NCBI RefSeq assembly: GCF_003945235.1
Contig: NZ_RSDW01000001.1
Location: forward strand, 3,090,001 to 3,122,000
DNA: 32,000 bases
Reading direction: 5' to 3'
Origin: Edaphobacter aggregans
Lineage (GTDB): Bacteria; Acidobacteriota; Terriglobia; Terriglobales; Acidobacteriaceae
Shown: positions 24,455 through 32,000 of the stretch, in pieces
How the letters are laid out: each line of letters starts with the position of its first letter
How positions within the stretch are numbered: the first letter of the stretch is position 1
Program-made: the position numbers and the translations under genes
Notes under the pieces: model-generated
What the model saw: only the letters and a program-made list of their open reading frames with translations
The model's database searches: none
Told to the model about the DNA's origin: nothing

Positions 24455-25891
24455 ATGCGTTCCCTCTCCGTACGCGCCCGGCTCATGCTGTGGTATCTGC
24501 TCGTCACCTTCGCTGGCCTCTGCGTCTTCGGCCTCATCTCCTGGGGAGCACTCCACTACGCCCTCCTGCAAGGCAAAAAGACCCACCTTCAGGGCCGCGA
24601 AGACCGCCTCCTCACCTTTCTCAGTGACAACAAAGCCAAAGGCGACACCTCACCCCTCGACGAGCAACTCCGCGACTTTGCACTCGTCACCCACGAAGGC
24701 AACCTCTTCCACATCCACCACGCCGATGGCTCCTTCCTCTTTCCCGCCGAGAAGAACCCCGACCAACCCACTCCCGACTGGCTTCCAGGTGGCGAAGACT
24801 GCACCCAACCCATCTACTCCACCGTCATCCTCGACCGTCAACCCGTCCTGGTCCTCTGCCACATCATCCAGCTAAACGGACAACCCGTCCGTCTCCACCT
24901 CGGCGGCTCGCTCGAAGAGCAGTTCGAGATCCTCGACACCTACCGCAAAGTCCTCCTTCTCCTCATGCCCGGCCTGCTTCTGCTCTCGGCGCTCATCGGC
25001 TACTTCCTCAGCCGCCACGCCTTCAAACCAGTCGACCGCATGACCCGCGCCGCCCTCGGCATCGGCATCGGCAACCTATCCGCGCGTCTCCCGGTCCCGG
25101 CCGCAAAGGACGAGATCCAACACCTCGCCGTAGCCTGGAATCAGCTCCTCGCACGCCTCGAAGCCGCCGTCTCCCGCCTAAGCCAGTTCTCCGCTGACGC
25201 CTCCCACGACCTCCGCACCTCCATCACCGTCATGCTCGCCACCGCGCAGCTCTCCCTCCATCGCCAGCGCACCGACACCGAGTACCGCGATGACCTCGAC
25301 AAGATCGTCACCGAGTGCCGCACCGCCGCCACCCTCCTCGACGCGCTCCTCTCCCTCGCCCGTAGCGACAACTTCATCCACGAGGTCGCTTTCAAGCCCA
25401 TCAACCTCTCCGACCTCGTCGTCCACTGTTGCCGCCGCGTCGAAGACCTCGCCGAATCCAACGGCATCCTCCTCGACTGGCATCTCCCCCGCGAACCCAT
25501 CCACATCGAAGGCGACGAACTCCTCCTCCAGCGCCTTCTCGGCATCCTCCTCGACAACGCCATCCGCTACACCCCCGAGCACGGCGAAATCCGCGCCGAA
25601 ATCTCCCTCATCGACAACGAACCCACCATCACCGTCCGCGACACCGGCATAGGCATGTCCGAAGACGTTCGCCAACACGTCTTCGACCGCTTCTACCAGG
25701 CAGACCTCCGCGAGCGCAAAACCCAGGCCGGCAGCGGTCTCGGCCTCTCCATCGCCCGGTGGATCGCCAACGCCCACCACGCCGGCCTAACCGTCGAGAG
25801 CACCCCCTTAAAAGGCTCCGTCTTCCAAATCCGCTTCCCCGCGACCATCCCCACCCCCACCCTCGAACCCAAAGAACAAGCCCTTCGCTGA
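24455..25891 (+). CDS. Sensor histidine kinase (2 TM, periplasmic loop, HAMP, HisKA, HATPase_c)
   Basis: ORF track 24287..25891 trimmed to the ATG at 24455, 4 nt after the regulator stop. The H-box is FSADASHDLRTSIT, the N-box LLDNAIRYTP, G1 VRDTGIGM and G2 GSGLGLSIA. Confidence 0.9.
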   Translation: MRSLSVRARLMLWYLLVTFAGLCVFGLISWGALHYALLQGKKTHLQGREDRLLTFLSDNKAKGDTSPLDEQLRDFALVTHEGNLFHIHHADGSFLFPAEKNPDQPTPDWLPGGEDCTQPIYSTVILDRQPVLVLCHIIQLNGQPVRLHLGGSLEEQFEILDTYRKVLLLLMPGLLLLSALIGYFLSRHAFKPVDRMTRAALGIGIGNLSARLPVPAAKDEIQHLAVAWNQLLARLEAAVSRLSQFSADASHDLRTSITVMLATAQLSLHRQRTDTEYRDDLDKIVTECRTAATLLDALLSLARSDNFIHEVAFKPINLSDLVVHCCRRVEDLAESNGILLDWHLPREPIHIEGDELLLQRLLGILLDNAIRYTPEHGEIRAEISLIDNEPTITVRDTGIGMSEDVRQHVFDRFYQADLRERKTQAGSGLGLSIARWIANAHHAGLTVESTPLKGSVFQIRFPATIPTPTLEPKEQALR

Positions 25892-25940
25892 CCCCACCGG
25901 TTAGCTATTTGCCTTCCTTTTTGGCATCGCTGTCTTGCCG

Positions 25941-25983
25941 TTGCTTTCCGTGCTTGTCATCCCCGAAGGGGATCTGCTTCTGC
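25941..25983. repeat. Dispersed intergenic repeat, family 2 copy
   Basis: Core 25952-25981 (GCTTGTCATCCCCGAAGGGGATCTGCTTCT) is 28/30 identical to 23631-23660. Confidence 0.8.
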
Positions 25984-26000
25984 AGTTGCAGTTGTCCGTT

Positions 26001-26054
26001 TGCTCGTCATTCTGACGCTGAGCGAAGCCGAAGGGGAAGAATCCCTGTATTCCG
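26001..26054. repeat. Dispersed intergenic repeat, family 1 copy
   Basis: TGCTCGTCATTCTGACGCTGAGCGAAGCCGAAGGGGAAGAATCCCTG.. is 48/54 identical to 10952-11005. It lies 19 nt after the family 2 copy, with TGCAGTTGCAGTTG between them. Confidence 0.8.
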
Positions 26055-26130
26055 AAGGGGGCCAAGCCCCTTTACCTTTCGGGGAACAATCCCCCCGCCC
26101 CCCGCGTAATCACACCCACGGGAGAACCCC

Positions 26131-28566
26131 ATGGCATCTCCGCGTCAAGACCTCGCCTACACCCTCCGTCGTCTAGCCAGAACCCCCGCCTTCGTTCTGG
26201 CCGTCATCATCTCCATCGGTCTCGGCATCGGAGCCAATGCCACCATCTTCTCCATGATCAGCAAGTTCGTCCTCAGCTCCGCACCGGTCGGCAATCCCGC
26301 CACGCTCATGAGCATCCACACCACCGATCGCGGCGACCGCTGCTGCAACAACTTCTCCTGGCCTCTCTACAACGACCTCCGCGACCAGTCCCGCACCTTC
26401 TCCGACCTGGCCGGCTACTACGACCTCGTCCCCGCCTCCATCGGCGGCACCGGCGAGCCCGAGCGCGTCTGGGGACAAGCCGCGACCTCCAACTACTTCG
26501 ACGTCACTCAGCTCCCCATGGCCCTCGGTCGAGGCTTCCTCCACACCGAAGAGCACGCCCCCGTCCTCGTCCTGAGCTATCGCCTCTGGCAGCACCGCTT
26601 CGCCGCCGACCCCGACATCCTCGGCAAATCCGTCACCCTCTCCGGGCACCCCTACACCGTCGTCGGCGTCGCTCCCCCAACCTTCCGCGGCATCGATCTT
26701 CTCCTCGACCCCCAGTTCTGGGTACCCTTCGGCAACATCGACCAGCTCGTCCCCAACCTCCCCGACCACAACTCCCGCCTCTTCCACTGGGTCACCGTCA
26801 CCGGACGCCTCAAACCCGGCGTCACCCGCGATCAGGCCGCCGCCGAGCTAGCCACCCTGTCCAAAGACTTCGCCGAAACCAACGCCGCCCCCGAAAAAAA
26901 TCTCGAGTTCCCCTTCGAACAAGCCGGCTCCCTTCCCCCACGCGACCGCTCCACCGTCTTAGTCTTCCTGGCCTCGCTCATGGTTGTAGCCCTCCTCGTC
27001 CTCTGCATCGCCTGCGCTAACGTCACCAACCTCCTCCTCGCCCAGGCCTACAGCCGCCAGCGCGAGATGGCCGTCCGCATCGCGCTCGGAGCCACCCGCA
27101 CACGCCTCCTCCGCCAGATGCTCCTCGAAAGCATCCTCCTCGCCTTCGCCGGAGGCATCGTTGGCGTCCTGCTCTCTATCGCCGCCACCTGCGGCCTCTC
27201 CTCCTTCCACTTTCCCGCGCCCATCCCGCTCGACACCGCCGTCAGCGTCGACTCGCGCGTCCTCCTCTACACCTTCCTCCTAAGCTTCGTCACCGGGCTC
27301 CTCTTCGGCCTGGTCCCGTCCTGGATAGCCTCCCGCCCCATCCTCACCAACGCGTTGAAAGGTGAGGACGCCCTCGTCCGCCCCGGCCGTCGCTTCAACC
27401 TGCGCAACATCCTCCTCGTAGCCCAGATCGCCATGTCGCTCGTTCTCCTCTGCGCCACCGGACTCTTCCTCCGCAGCCTGCAATCCGCCGCCGGCATCGA
27501 CATCGGCTTCCGCTCCCACAACATCCTCATGATGTCCGTCGATCCCCGCATCCACGGCTACACCCCCGAACGCACCGTCCAACTCCTCACTCAAGCCCGC
27601 GAGCGCGCCGCCGCCCTCCCCGGCGTCATCTCCGCCGTCGCCACCGATACCGTCCCGCTCTCCGGCGGAGGCCGCAGCGACGGCATGTTCGCCGAAGGCC
27701 ATCCCAAGCCCACCGGCCCCTGGCCCATAGCCGAACTCTACATGGCCACTCCCGGATACTTCGAAACCATGGGCATCCCCCGTCTTTCCGGCCGTGACTT
27801 CGCCAACGAAAGCCCCACTGGCACCAAAGTCGCCATCATTAACCAAGCCCTCGCCCAAAAACTCTTCGGCAACGAAAACCCCATCGGCCAACGCATCACC
27901 GGCGGCAGCGTCACCTACCAGATCATCGGCGTAGTCAAAAACACCAAATCCCGCACTCTCGGCGAAGACCAGCGTTACATCCTCTTCCGTTCCCTCGACC
28001 AAACCGTCGCCACCGACCCTGCCTTCATGGGCTACACCCTCCTCATCCGTACCGCAGGCGACCCCGCATCCATCGCCGCTGCCGTCCGCCAGCAGATCGC
28101 CGCCCTCGACCCAACCCTCGCCATCTACAACGTCGCCACAATGGAAGAGCACCTCCGCGACGCCCTCTTCCTCCCTCGCCTCGCAGGCACACTCTTCGGA
28201 GTCTTTGGCCTAACCGGCCTCATCCTAGCCGCCGTCGGGCTATACGGAGTCATGAGCTACTCTGTCACCCGCCGAACCCGCGAGATCGGCATCCGCCTCG
28301 CCCTCGGCGCGCAACTCAGCGCCGTCCAAGCCCTCATCGTCCGGCAGGGCATGCGCCTTACACTCATCTCCGTAGCCATCGGCCTACCCGCCGCCTTCGC
28401 CCTCGCAAAATTCTCCACCAGCCTCCTCTACGGAGTCCGCCCCCACGACCTGGCCACCTTCACTCTGGTCCCCATCTTCCTCACCGCCGTGGCCCTCCTC
28501 GCATGCTGGCTCCCCGCCCGCCGAGCAACCAAAGTCGATCCCCAGACCATCCTCCGCTATGAGTAG
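26131..28566 (+). CDS. ADOP-family duplicated MacB/FtsX-type permease (acidobacterial duplicated orphan permease)
   Basis: 811 aa. It contains two MacB-periplasmic-core plus FtsX 4-TM halves. The N-terminus DLAYTLRRLARTPAFVLAVIISIGLGIGANATIFS and C-terminus ATKVDPQTILRYE are typical of the family. No ABC ATPase gene is adjacent. Confidence 0.85.
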   Translation: MASPRQDLAYTLRRLARTPAFVLAVIISIGLGIGANATIFSMISKFVLSSAPVGNPATLMSIHTTDRGDRCCNNFSWPLYNDLRDQSRTFSDLAGYYDLVPASIGGTGEPERVWGQAATSNYFDVTQLPMALGRGFLHTEEHAPVLVLSYRLWQHRFAADPDILGKSVTLSGHPYTVVGVAPPTFRGIDLLLDPQFWVPFGNIDQLVPNLPDHNSRLFHWVTVTGRLKPGVTRDQAAAELATLSKDFAETNAAPEKNLEFPFEQAGSLPPRDRSTVLVFLASLMVVALLVLCIACANVTNLLLAQAYSRQREMAVRIALGATRTRLLRQMLLESILLAFAGGIVGVLLSIAATCGLSSFHFPAPIPLDTAVSVDSRVLLYTFLLSFVTGLLFGLVPSWIASRPILTNALKGEDALVRPGRRFNLRNILLVAQIAMSLVLLCATGLFLRSLQSAAGIDIGFRSHNILMMSVDPRIHGYTPERTVQLLTQARERAAALPGVISAVATDTVPLSGGGRSDGMFAEGHPKPTGPWPIAELYMATPGYFETMGIPRLSGRDFANESPTGTKVAIINQALAQKLFGNENPIGQRITGGSVTYQIIGVVKNTKSRTLGEDQRYILFRSLDQTVATDPAFMGYTLLIRTAGDPASIAAAVRQQIAALDPTLAIYNVATMEEHLRDALFLPRLAGTLFGVFGLTGLILAAVGLYGVMSYSVTRRTREIGIRLALGAQLSAVQALIVRQGMRLTLISVAIGLPAAFALAKFSTSLLYGVRPHDLATFTLVPIFLTAVALLACWLPARRATKVDPQTILRYE

Positions 28567-28621
28567 TGCTTGAGTGGTGATTTAAATAGGCGGTTCTGCT
28601 GCCTTCTGTATAGTCATTTGC

Positions 28622-29137
28622 ATGAAAATCGTAGCTGGGACTATCGTCCTACTCGCGTTGCATGCTCTCTGCTCTGCTCAAATCCAAACTCAAGACATCT
28701 CACAGGCTCAGCTGGACGCTATCAATAGCCTTACGCTCAGTCAGGCAGTGAAGCAGCGTGAAATGTATAAGGCACCGCTCAAATCCGCGTACAACAGACA
28801 GATCGCATTGATAGGCAAGGACTGTCAGGCTGAAATCGAGCAAGGCCAGCAGCCCTACAACATCTGTATGGGCCGGGCGAGCCAGCAGGCCGAAAACGAC
28901 TATTCCGTCTTCTACAACAATCTCCAGATGTTGTGCCACGACGAGGAGCAGCTCGCAACATTGCAGGCTTCAGAGAAGGCATGGCAGACCTATAAAGACA
29001 GCGCCATGAAAGCAACAAACGCCGCCTGGCCAAACGGCACTGGAGCGCCCGGCTTCGCAGGTCAGGTCTACGTGTCGTTGGTGCGCAATCGAATGCAGGA
29101 GTTGCATGAAATATTCATGTTAAATATCGCGCAATAG
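28622..29137 (+). CDS. Secreted DUF1311 / LprI-like (lysozyme-inhibitor family) protein
   Basis: 171 aa. The signal peptide is MKIVAGTIVLLALHALCSAQ. There is a DUF1311-like C-terminal pattern (LQASEKAWQTYKDSAMKA...VSLVRNRMQELHEIF) and conserved Cys residues. The gene is clearly A+T-richer than its neighbours. Confidence 0.55.
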   Translation: MKIVAGTIVLLALHALCSAQIQTQDISQAQLDAINSLTLSQAVKQREMYKAPLKSAYNRQIALIGKDCQAEIEQGQQPYNICMGRASQQAENDYSVFYNNLQMLCHDEEQLATLQASEKAWQTYKDSAMKATNAAWPNGTGAPGFAGQVYVSLVRNRMQELHEIFMLNIAQ

Positions 29138-29385
29138 CACGCCACAGGTATTCCTCGGCAAGGCGGTTCTATGATCCGCAACGGCAAATCTTAAATCCAC
29201 CTTATAAAAACCCACCCAATCTTAGGAACCACCACGACTCCCACCAAAACAACTCCCGTTACCGATGAAGCTCACAAGCACCCAATAAAATAGCGCCTTT
29301 CGCAACACCCCATCACATCCCCTCAAAGCTCCAGGCCCACAACTCAAAGCCTCATGTAACAAGCCATTCACGTTCGACTTCTAAG

Positions 29386-29417
29386 TTTGCAAAACACACC
29401 TTGCAAACTTTGCAAAA
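29386..29417 (+). promoter_or_regulatory. Three TTGCAA-centred boxes (TTTGCAAAA, CTTGCAAAC, TTTGCAAAA) just upstream of the TonB-dependent receptor
   Basis: TTTGCAAAA occurs at 29386-29394 and 29409-29417, with CTTGCAAAC at 29400-29408. The last box ends 16 nt before the GTG start. Confidence 0.35.
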
Positions 29418-29433
29418 GTCTTTCGGAGGACTT

Positions 29434-32000
29434 GTGAACACTCTCGCCCATCGTCTGTGCCGGATTCTTACGGTCAGCGTATTCGTACTTATCTCCTTTG
29501 CCGGCCACGCGCAGCAGCCCTCAGGGACCCTCACCGGCACCGCCGTCGACCCCAAAGGCGGTGTGCTCCCCAACGCAGCCATCTCCATCCGCAACGAGGC
29601 CACCGGAGCCACCCGCTACATCACCACCGACGCTCAGGGCCACTTCTCCGTCGCCGGTCTCCCTGTTGCAAAATACACCGTCGAAGCCTCCGCTACCGGC
29701 TTCGCCACCACCATCCGCCACGGCATCCAACTCACCGCCGACCAGCCCCAGGACGTCTCCCTCTCGCTGAACGTCGGCAACGTCAGCCAGCAGGTCACCG
29801 TCCAGGCCGACGATGCCCACTCCATCGCCTCGCGCCTCGCGCCCATCGACGCCCTCCTCAGCCAGACCTCTCCGCACAGCGAGATCGGCGCAACCTACAT
29901 CCGCAACTACACCGCTCCTACCTCCGACTTCGGTGAACTCACCCAGATGGTCCCCGGAGCCTTCACCACCAACGCCAACGGCGTCGGCCTCGGCCAGAGC
30001 AGCACCAGCTTCCGCGGCTTCCCCGACGGCAACTACGACATCGACTTTGACGGCATCCCCTTCTACGACACGAACACCCCCTCCCACCACTCCTGGGCCT
30101 TCTTTCCCGCACAGTGGATCGGCGGCGTCGACTTCGACCGCAGCCCCGGAACCGCCTCTACCGTAGGCCCCACGCCCTTCGGCGGCTCCATCCACCTTCT
30201 CTCACAGGACTTCCTGCCCAACCGCAACATTCGCGGCGGCTTTTCCTACGGCTCCTTCAACACCGTCCTCTTCGACGGCGCATTCAACTCCGGCGACTTC
30301 GGCGGCGTGAACAAGAATTCCAACCTCTTCGTCGACGTCCACCACATGTCCTCCGACGGCTATCAGACCTTCAACCTCCAGACCCGCAACGCCGGCTCCC
30401 TCAAATACCAGTACAAGCTCTCCGACAAGACCGTCCTCACCGGCTACAGCGGCGTCGTCTGGCTCGACTCCAACTCCCCGAACCTCTCCTCCACGCGCCA
30501 GCAGCTCCTCACCAACGGCAATAACTACCTCCTCCAGAACACCGATCCCACCCAGGCCAACTACTACCGCTTCAACACCTACCACGTCCCCACCGACTTC
30601 GAGTACGTCGGCGTCAACCACCAGTTCGCCCACAACTGGCTCCTGAGCTTCAAGCCCTACACCTACAACTACGACAACTCCGAGTTCTACGCCAAGCAGC
30701 TCAAGACCGGCGCCATCAACCCCGCCAACTGCGCCCCTGTCTCCGCAACAGCCACCGAAGGCGGAGTCAAAGTCCCCACCTCCATCAGCCCCTGCGCCGT
30801 CGACAAGTACAACAGCTACCGCAAATACGGCCAGACCTCAGCCATCACCCAGACCTCAAAGCTCGGCACCTTCCGTACCGGTTTCTGGTACGAGTGGGCC
30901 CGCACCAACCGCCACCAGACCCCCTCCAACCCCCTCACCCACGTCGACGACGCCCAACCCAACTTCAGCGAGAAGTACTTCACCAACTCCTACCAGCCCT
31001 ACGCCGAGTTCGAGTTCCACCCCTTCAGCAAACTCACCCTCATCCCTGGCGTAAAGTTTGCCTACTACACCATGAACTTCACCCAGCTCGCCGACAACGG
31101 CGGCAAGATCGGCAGCATCAACCCAGTCACCAAGCAGCCCTTCACCTCCGTCACCAACACAGCCGACTATCACTCCTGGCTACCCGCGCTCAGCGCCAGC
31201 TACCGTCTCAAGCCCAATCTGTCGATCTACGGTCAGGGTGCAGAAGGCAGTGTCGTTCCTCCCACCTCAGTCTTCGACGTAGCCGGTGGATCCGTCGCCG
31301 TCCCGCCCAAGCCGCAGAAGTCCACCACCTACCAGGTCGGCACCGTCTACAAGATCAACCGCCTCGCCTTTGACGCCGACTACTACCACATCCGTTTCCA
31401 GAACGGCTATTCCTCATCCACCGACAACAACCCCAGCTCCGCCACCTTCGGCGAGTCCATCAACTACATCGCCCCCAGCTCCATCTCTCAGGGCTTTGAG
31501 GCAGAGGGCAATCTCTACATCACCCACGGCCTCAGCGTCTTCCTCAACGGCAGCCGCGGCCAGGCGACGTACGTAGGCACGCTCACTGTCTCGTGCACCG
31601 CCGGAGCCACCGGTTGCACCTCCGCCACGCCAACACTCATCCAGGCCGCACCCTCCGGTCTCTGGGTCGCCGGAACCCCCACTGACACCGAGGCTCAAGG
31701 CGTCACCTACCAGGACAAGGGCTGGAACCTCGGCTACTTCAACAAGCGCGTCGGCTCGCAGTGGATGGACAACGGTGCCTACCACGACCAGCTTCGCGTC
31801 GATCCATTCTCTGTCTCGAACATCTACCTCAACTACACCATCCACGCCGGTTCACGCTTCGAGCGCTTCGACCAAACCAAGATCCGCCTGAGCATCAACA
31901 ACCTCACCGACTCCCACAACCAGACCAGCATCACGGCAGGCGGCAAGCTCATCAACCAGAACATCTCCACCAACGGCACCAGCTACGTCGATCCCTTCAA
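29434..32000 (+). CDS. TonB-dependent receptor with N-terminal carboxypeptidase-regulatory-like domain (3' end outside window)
   Basis: Frame open from the GTG at 29434 (GGAGGA at 29425-29430) to the window end, so it is not in the ORF track. The signal peptide is VNTLAHRLCRILTVSVFVLISFAGHAQQ. The CarboxypepD_reg-like segment is GTLTGTAVDPKGGVLPNAAISIRNEATGATRYITTDAQGHFSVAGLPVAKYTV. A plug-like region (FRGFPDGNYDIDFDGIPFYD) follows, then Tyr/Asn-rich beta-barrel sequence. Confidence 0.8.
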   Translation, partial: MNTLAHRLCRILTVSVFVLISFAGHAQQPSGTLTGTAVDPKGGVLPNAAISIRNEATGATRYITTDAQGHFSVAGLPVAKYTVEASATGFATTIRHGIQLTADQPQDVSLSLNVGNVSQQVTVQADDAHSIASRLAPIDALLSQTSPHSEIGATYIRNYTAPTSDFGELTQMVPGAFTTNANGVGLGQSSTSFRGFPDGNYDIDFDGIPFYDTNTPSHHSWAFFPAQWIGGVDFDRSPGTASTVGPTPFGGSIHLLSQDFLPNRNIRGGFSYGSFNTVLFDGAFNSGDFGGVNKNSNLFVDVHHMSSDGYQTFNLQTRNAGSLKYQYKLSDKTVLTGYSGVVWLDSNSPNLSSTRQQLLTNGNNYLLQNTDPTQANYYRFNTYHVPTDFEYVGVNHQFAHNWLLSFKPYTYNYDNSEFYAKQLKTGAINPANCAPVSATATEGGVKVPTSISPCAVDKYNSYRKYGQTSAITQTSKLGTFRTGFWYEWARTNRHQTPSNPLTHVDDAQPNFSEKYFTNSYQPYAEFEFHPFSKLTLIPGVKFAYYTMNFTQLADNGGKIGSINPVTKQPFTSVTNTADYHSWLPALSASYRLKPNLSIYGQGAEGSVVPPTSVFDVAGGSVAVPPKPQKSTTYQVGTVYKINRLAFDADYYHIRFQNGYSSSTDNNPSSATFGESINYIAPSSISQGFEAEGNLYITHGLSVFLNGSRGQATYVGTLTVSCTAGATGCTSATPTLIQAAPSGLWVAGTPTDTEAQGVTYQDKGWNLGYFNKRVGSQWMDNGAYHDQLRVDPFSVSNIYLNYTIHAGSRFERFDQTKIRLSINNLTDSHNQTSITAGGKLINQNISTNGTSYVDPF

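Noticed and set aside
1-32000. tRNA, rRNA, tmRNA, riboswitch or CRISPR array
   Set aside because: The intergenic regions were read by eye. None shows a cloverleaf-compatible arrangement, rRNA-like conservation or regularly spaced repeats. A covariance-model scan (tRNAscan-SE, Infernal/Rfam) would be needed to exclude small ncRNAs.

Overview
High-G+C bacterial chromosomal segment, probably from an Acidobacteriota (Terriglobia-like) genome. That placement is an inference from an ADOP-type duplicated orphan permease, a CarboxypepD_reg-type TonB-dependent receptor, an S53 sedolisin and hairpin-rich intergenic repeats. About 25 protein genes are supportable; no rRNA, tRNA or CRISPR array was seen. 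The main ordinary feature is a near-complete reductive pyrimidine catabolic supercluster at 2.2-16.3 kb. Its + strand arm carries an M20 carbamoyl-amidase, preT, preA, dihydropyrimidinase, an NCS1 permease and a class-III aminotransferase. Its convergent - strand arm carries a nucleoside hydrolase and mmsA. The rest is housekeeping or envelope genes: cutC 3' end, a DUF4105/DUF2165 pair, a secreted VOC protein, an S53 peptidase, a TMTC-like TPR membrane protein, coaBC, an OmpR/HK two-component pair, an ADOP permease, a DUF1311 protein and a TonB-dependent receptor running off the window. The best candidate for something new sits at the convergent junction of the pyrimidine cluster. It is a visibly A+T-richer ~2.2 kb insertion (11054-13216) bounded by a perfect 19-bp inverted repeat. 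A third copy of the repeat makes a nested inverted pair that tightly brackets a free-standing I-TevI-like GIY-YIG nuclease gene with an unrecognised C-terminal domain. Two uncharacterised cargo genes lie alongside it, and no classical transposase or integrase is present. Smaller observations: a Ser-rich 23-codon uORF start/stop-overlapped with preT; a tandem 20-bp repeat in front of the response regulator; two related dispersed hairpin repeat families; a direct-repeat-flanked terminator module after mmsA; and a low-GC single-gene insertion flanked by a 10-nt direct repeat. All homology statements come from reading the translations and from memory of family motifs. No database search was run.
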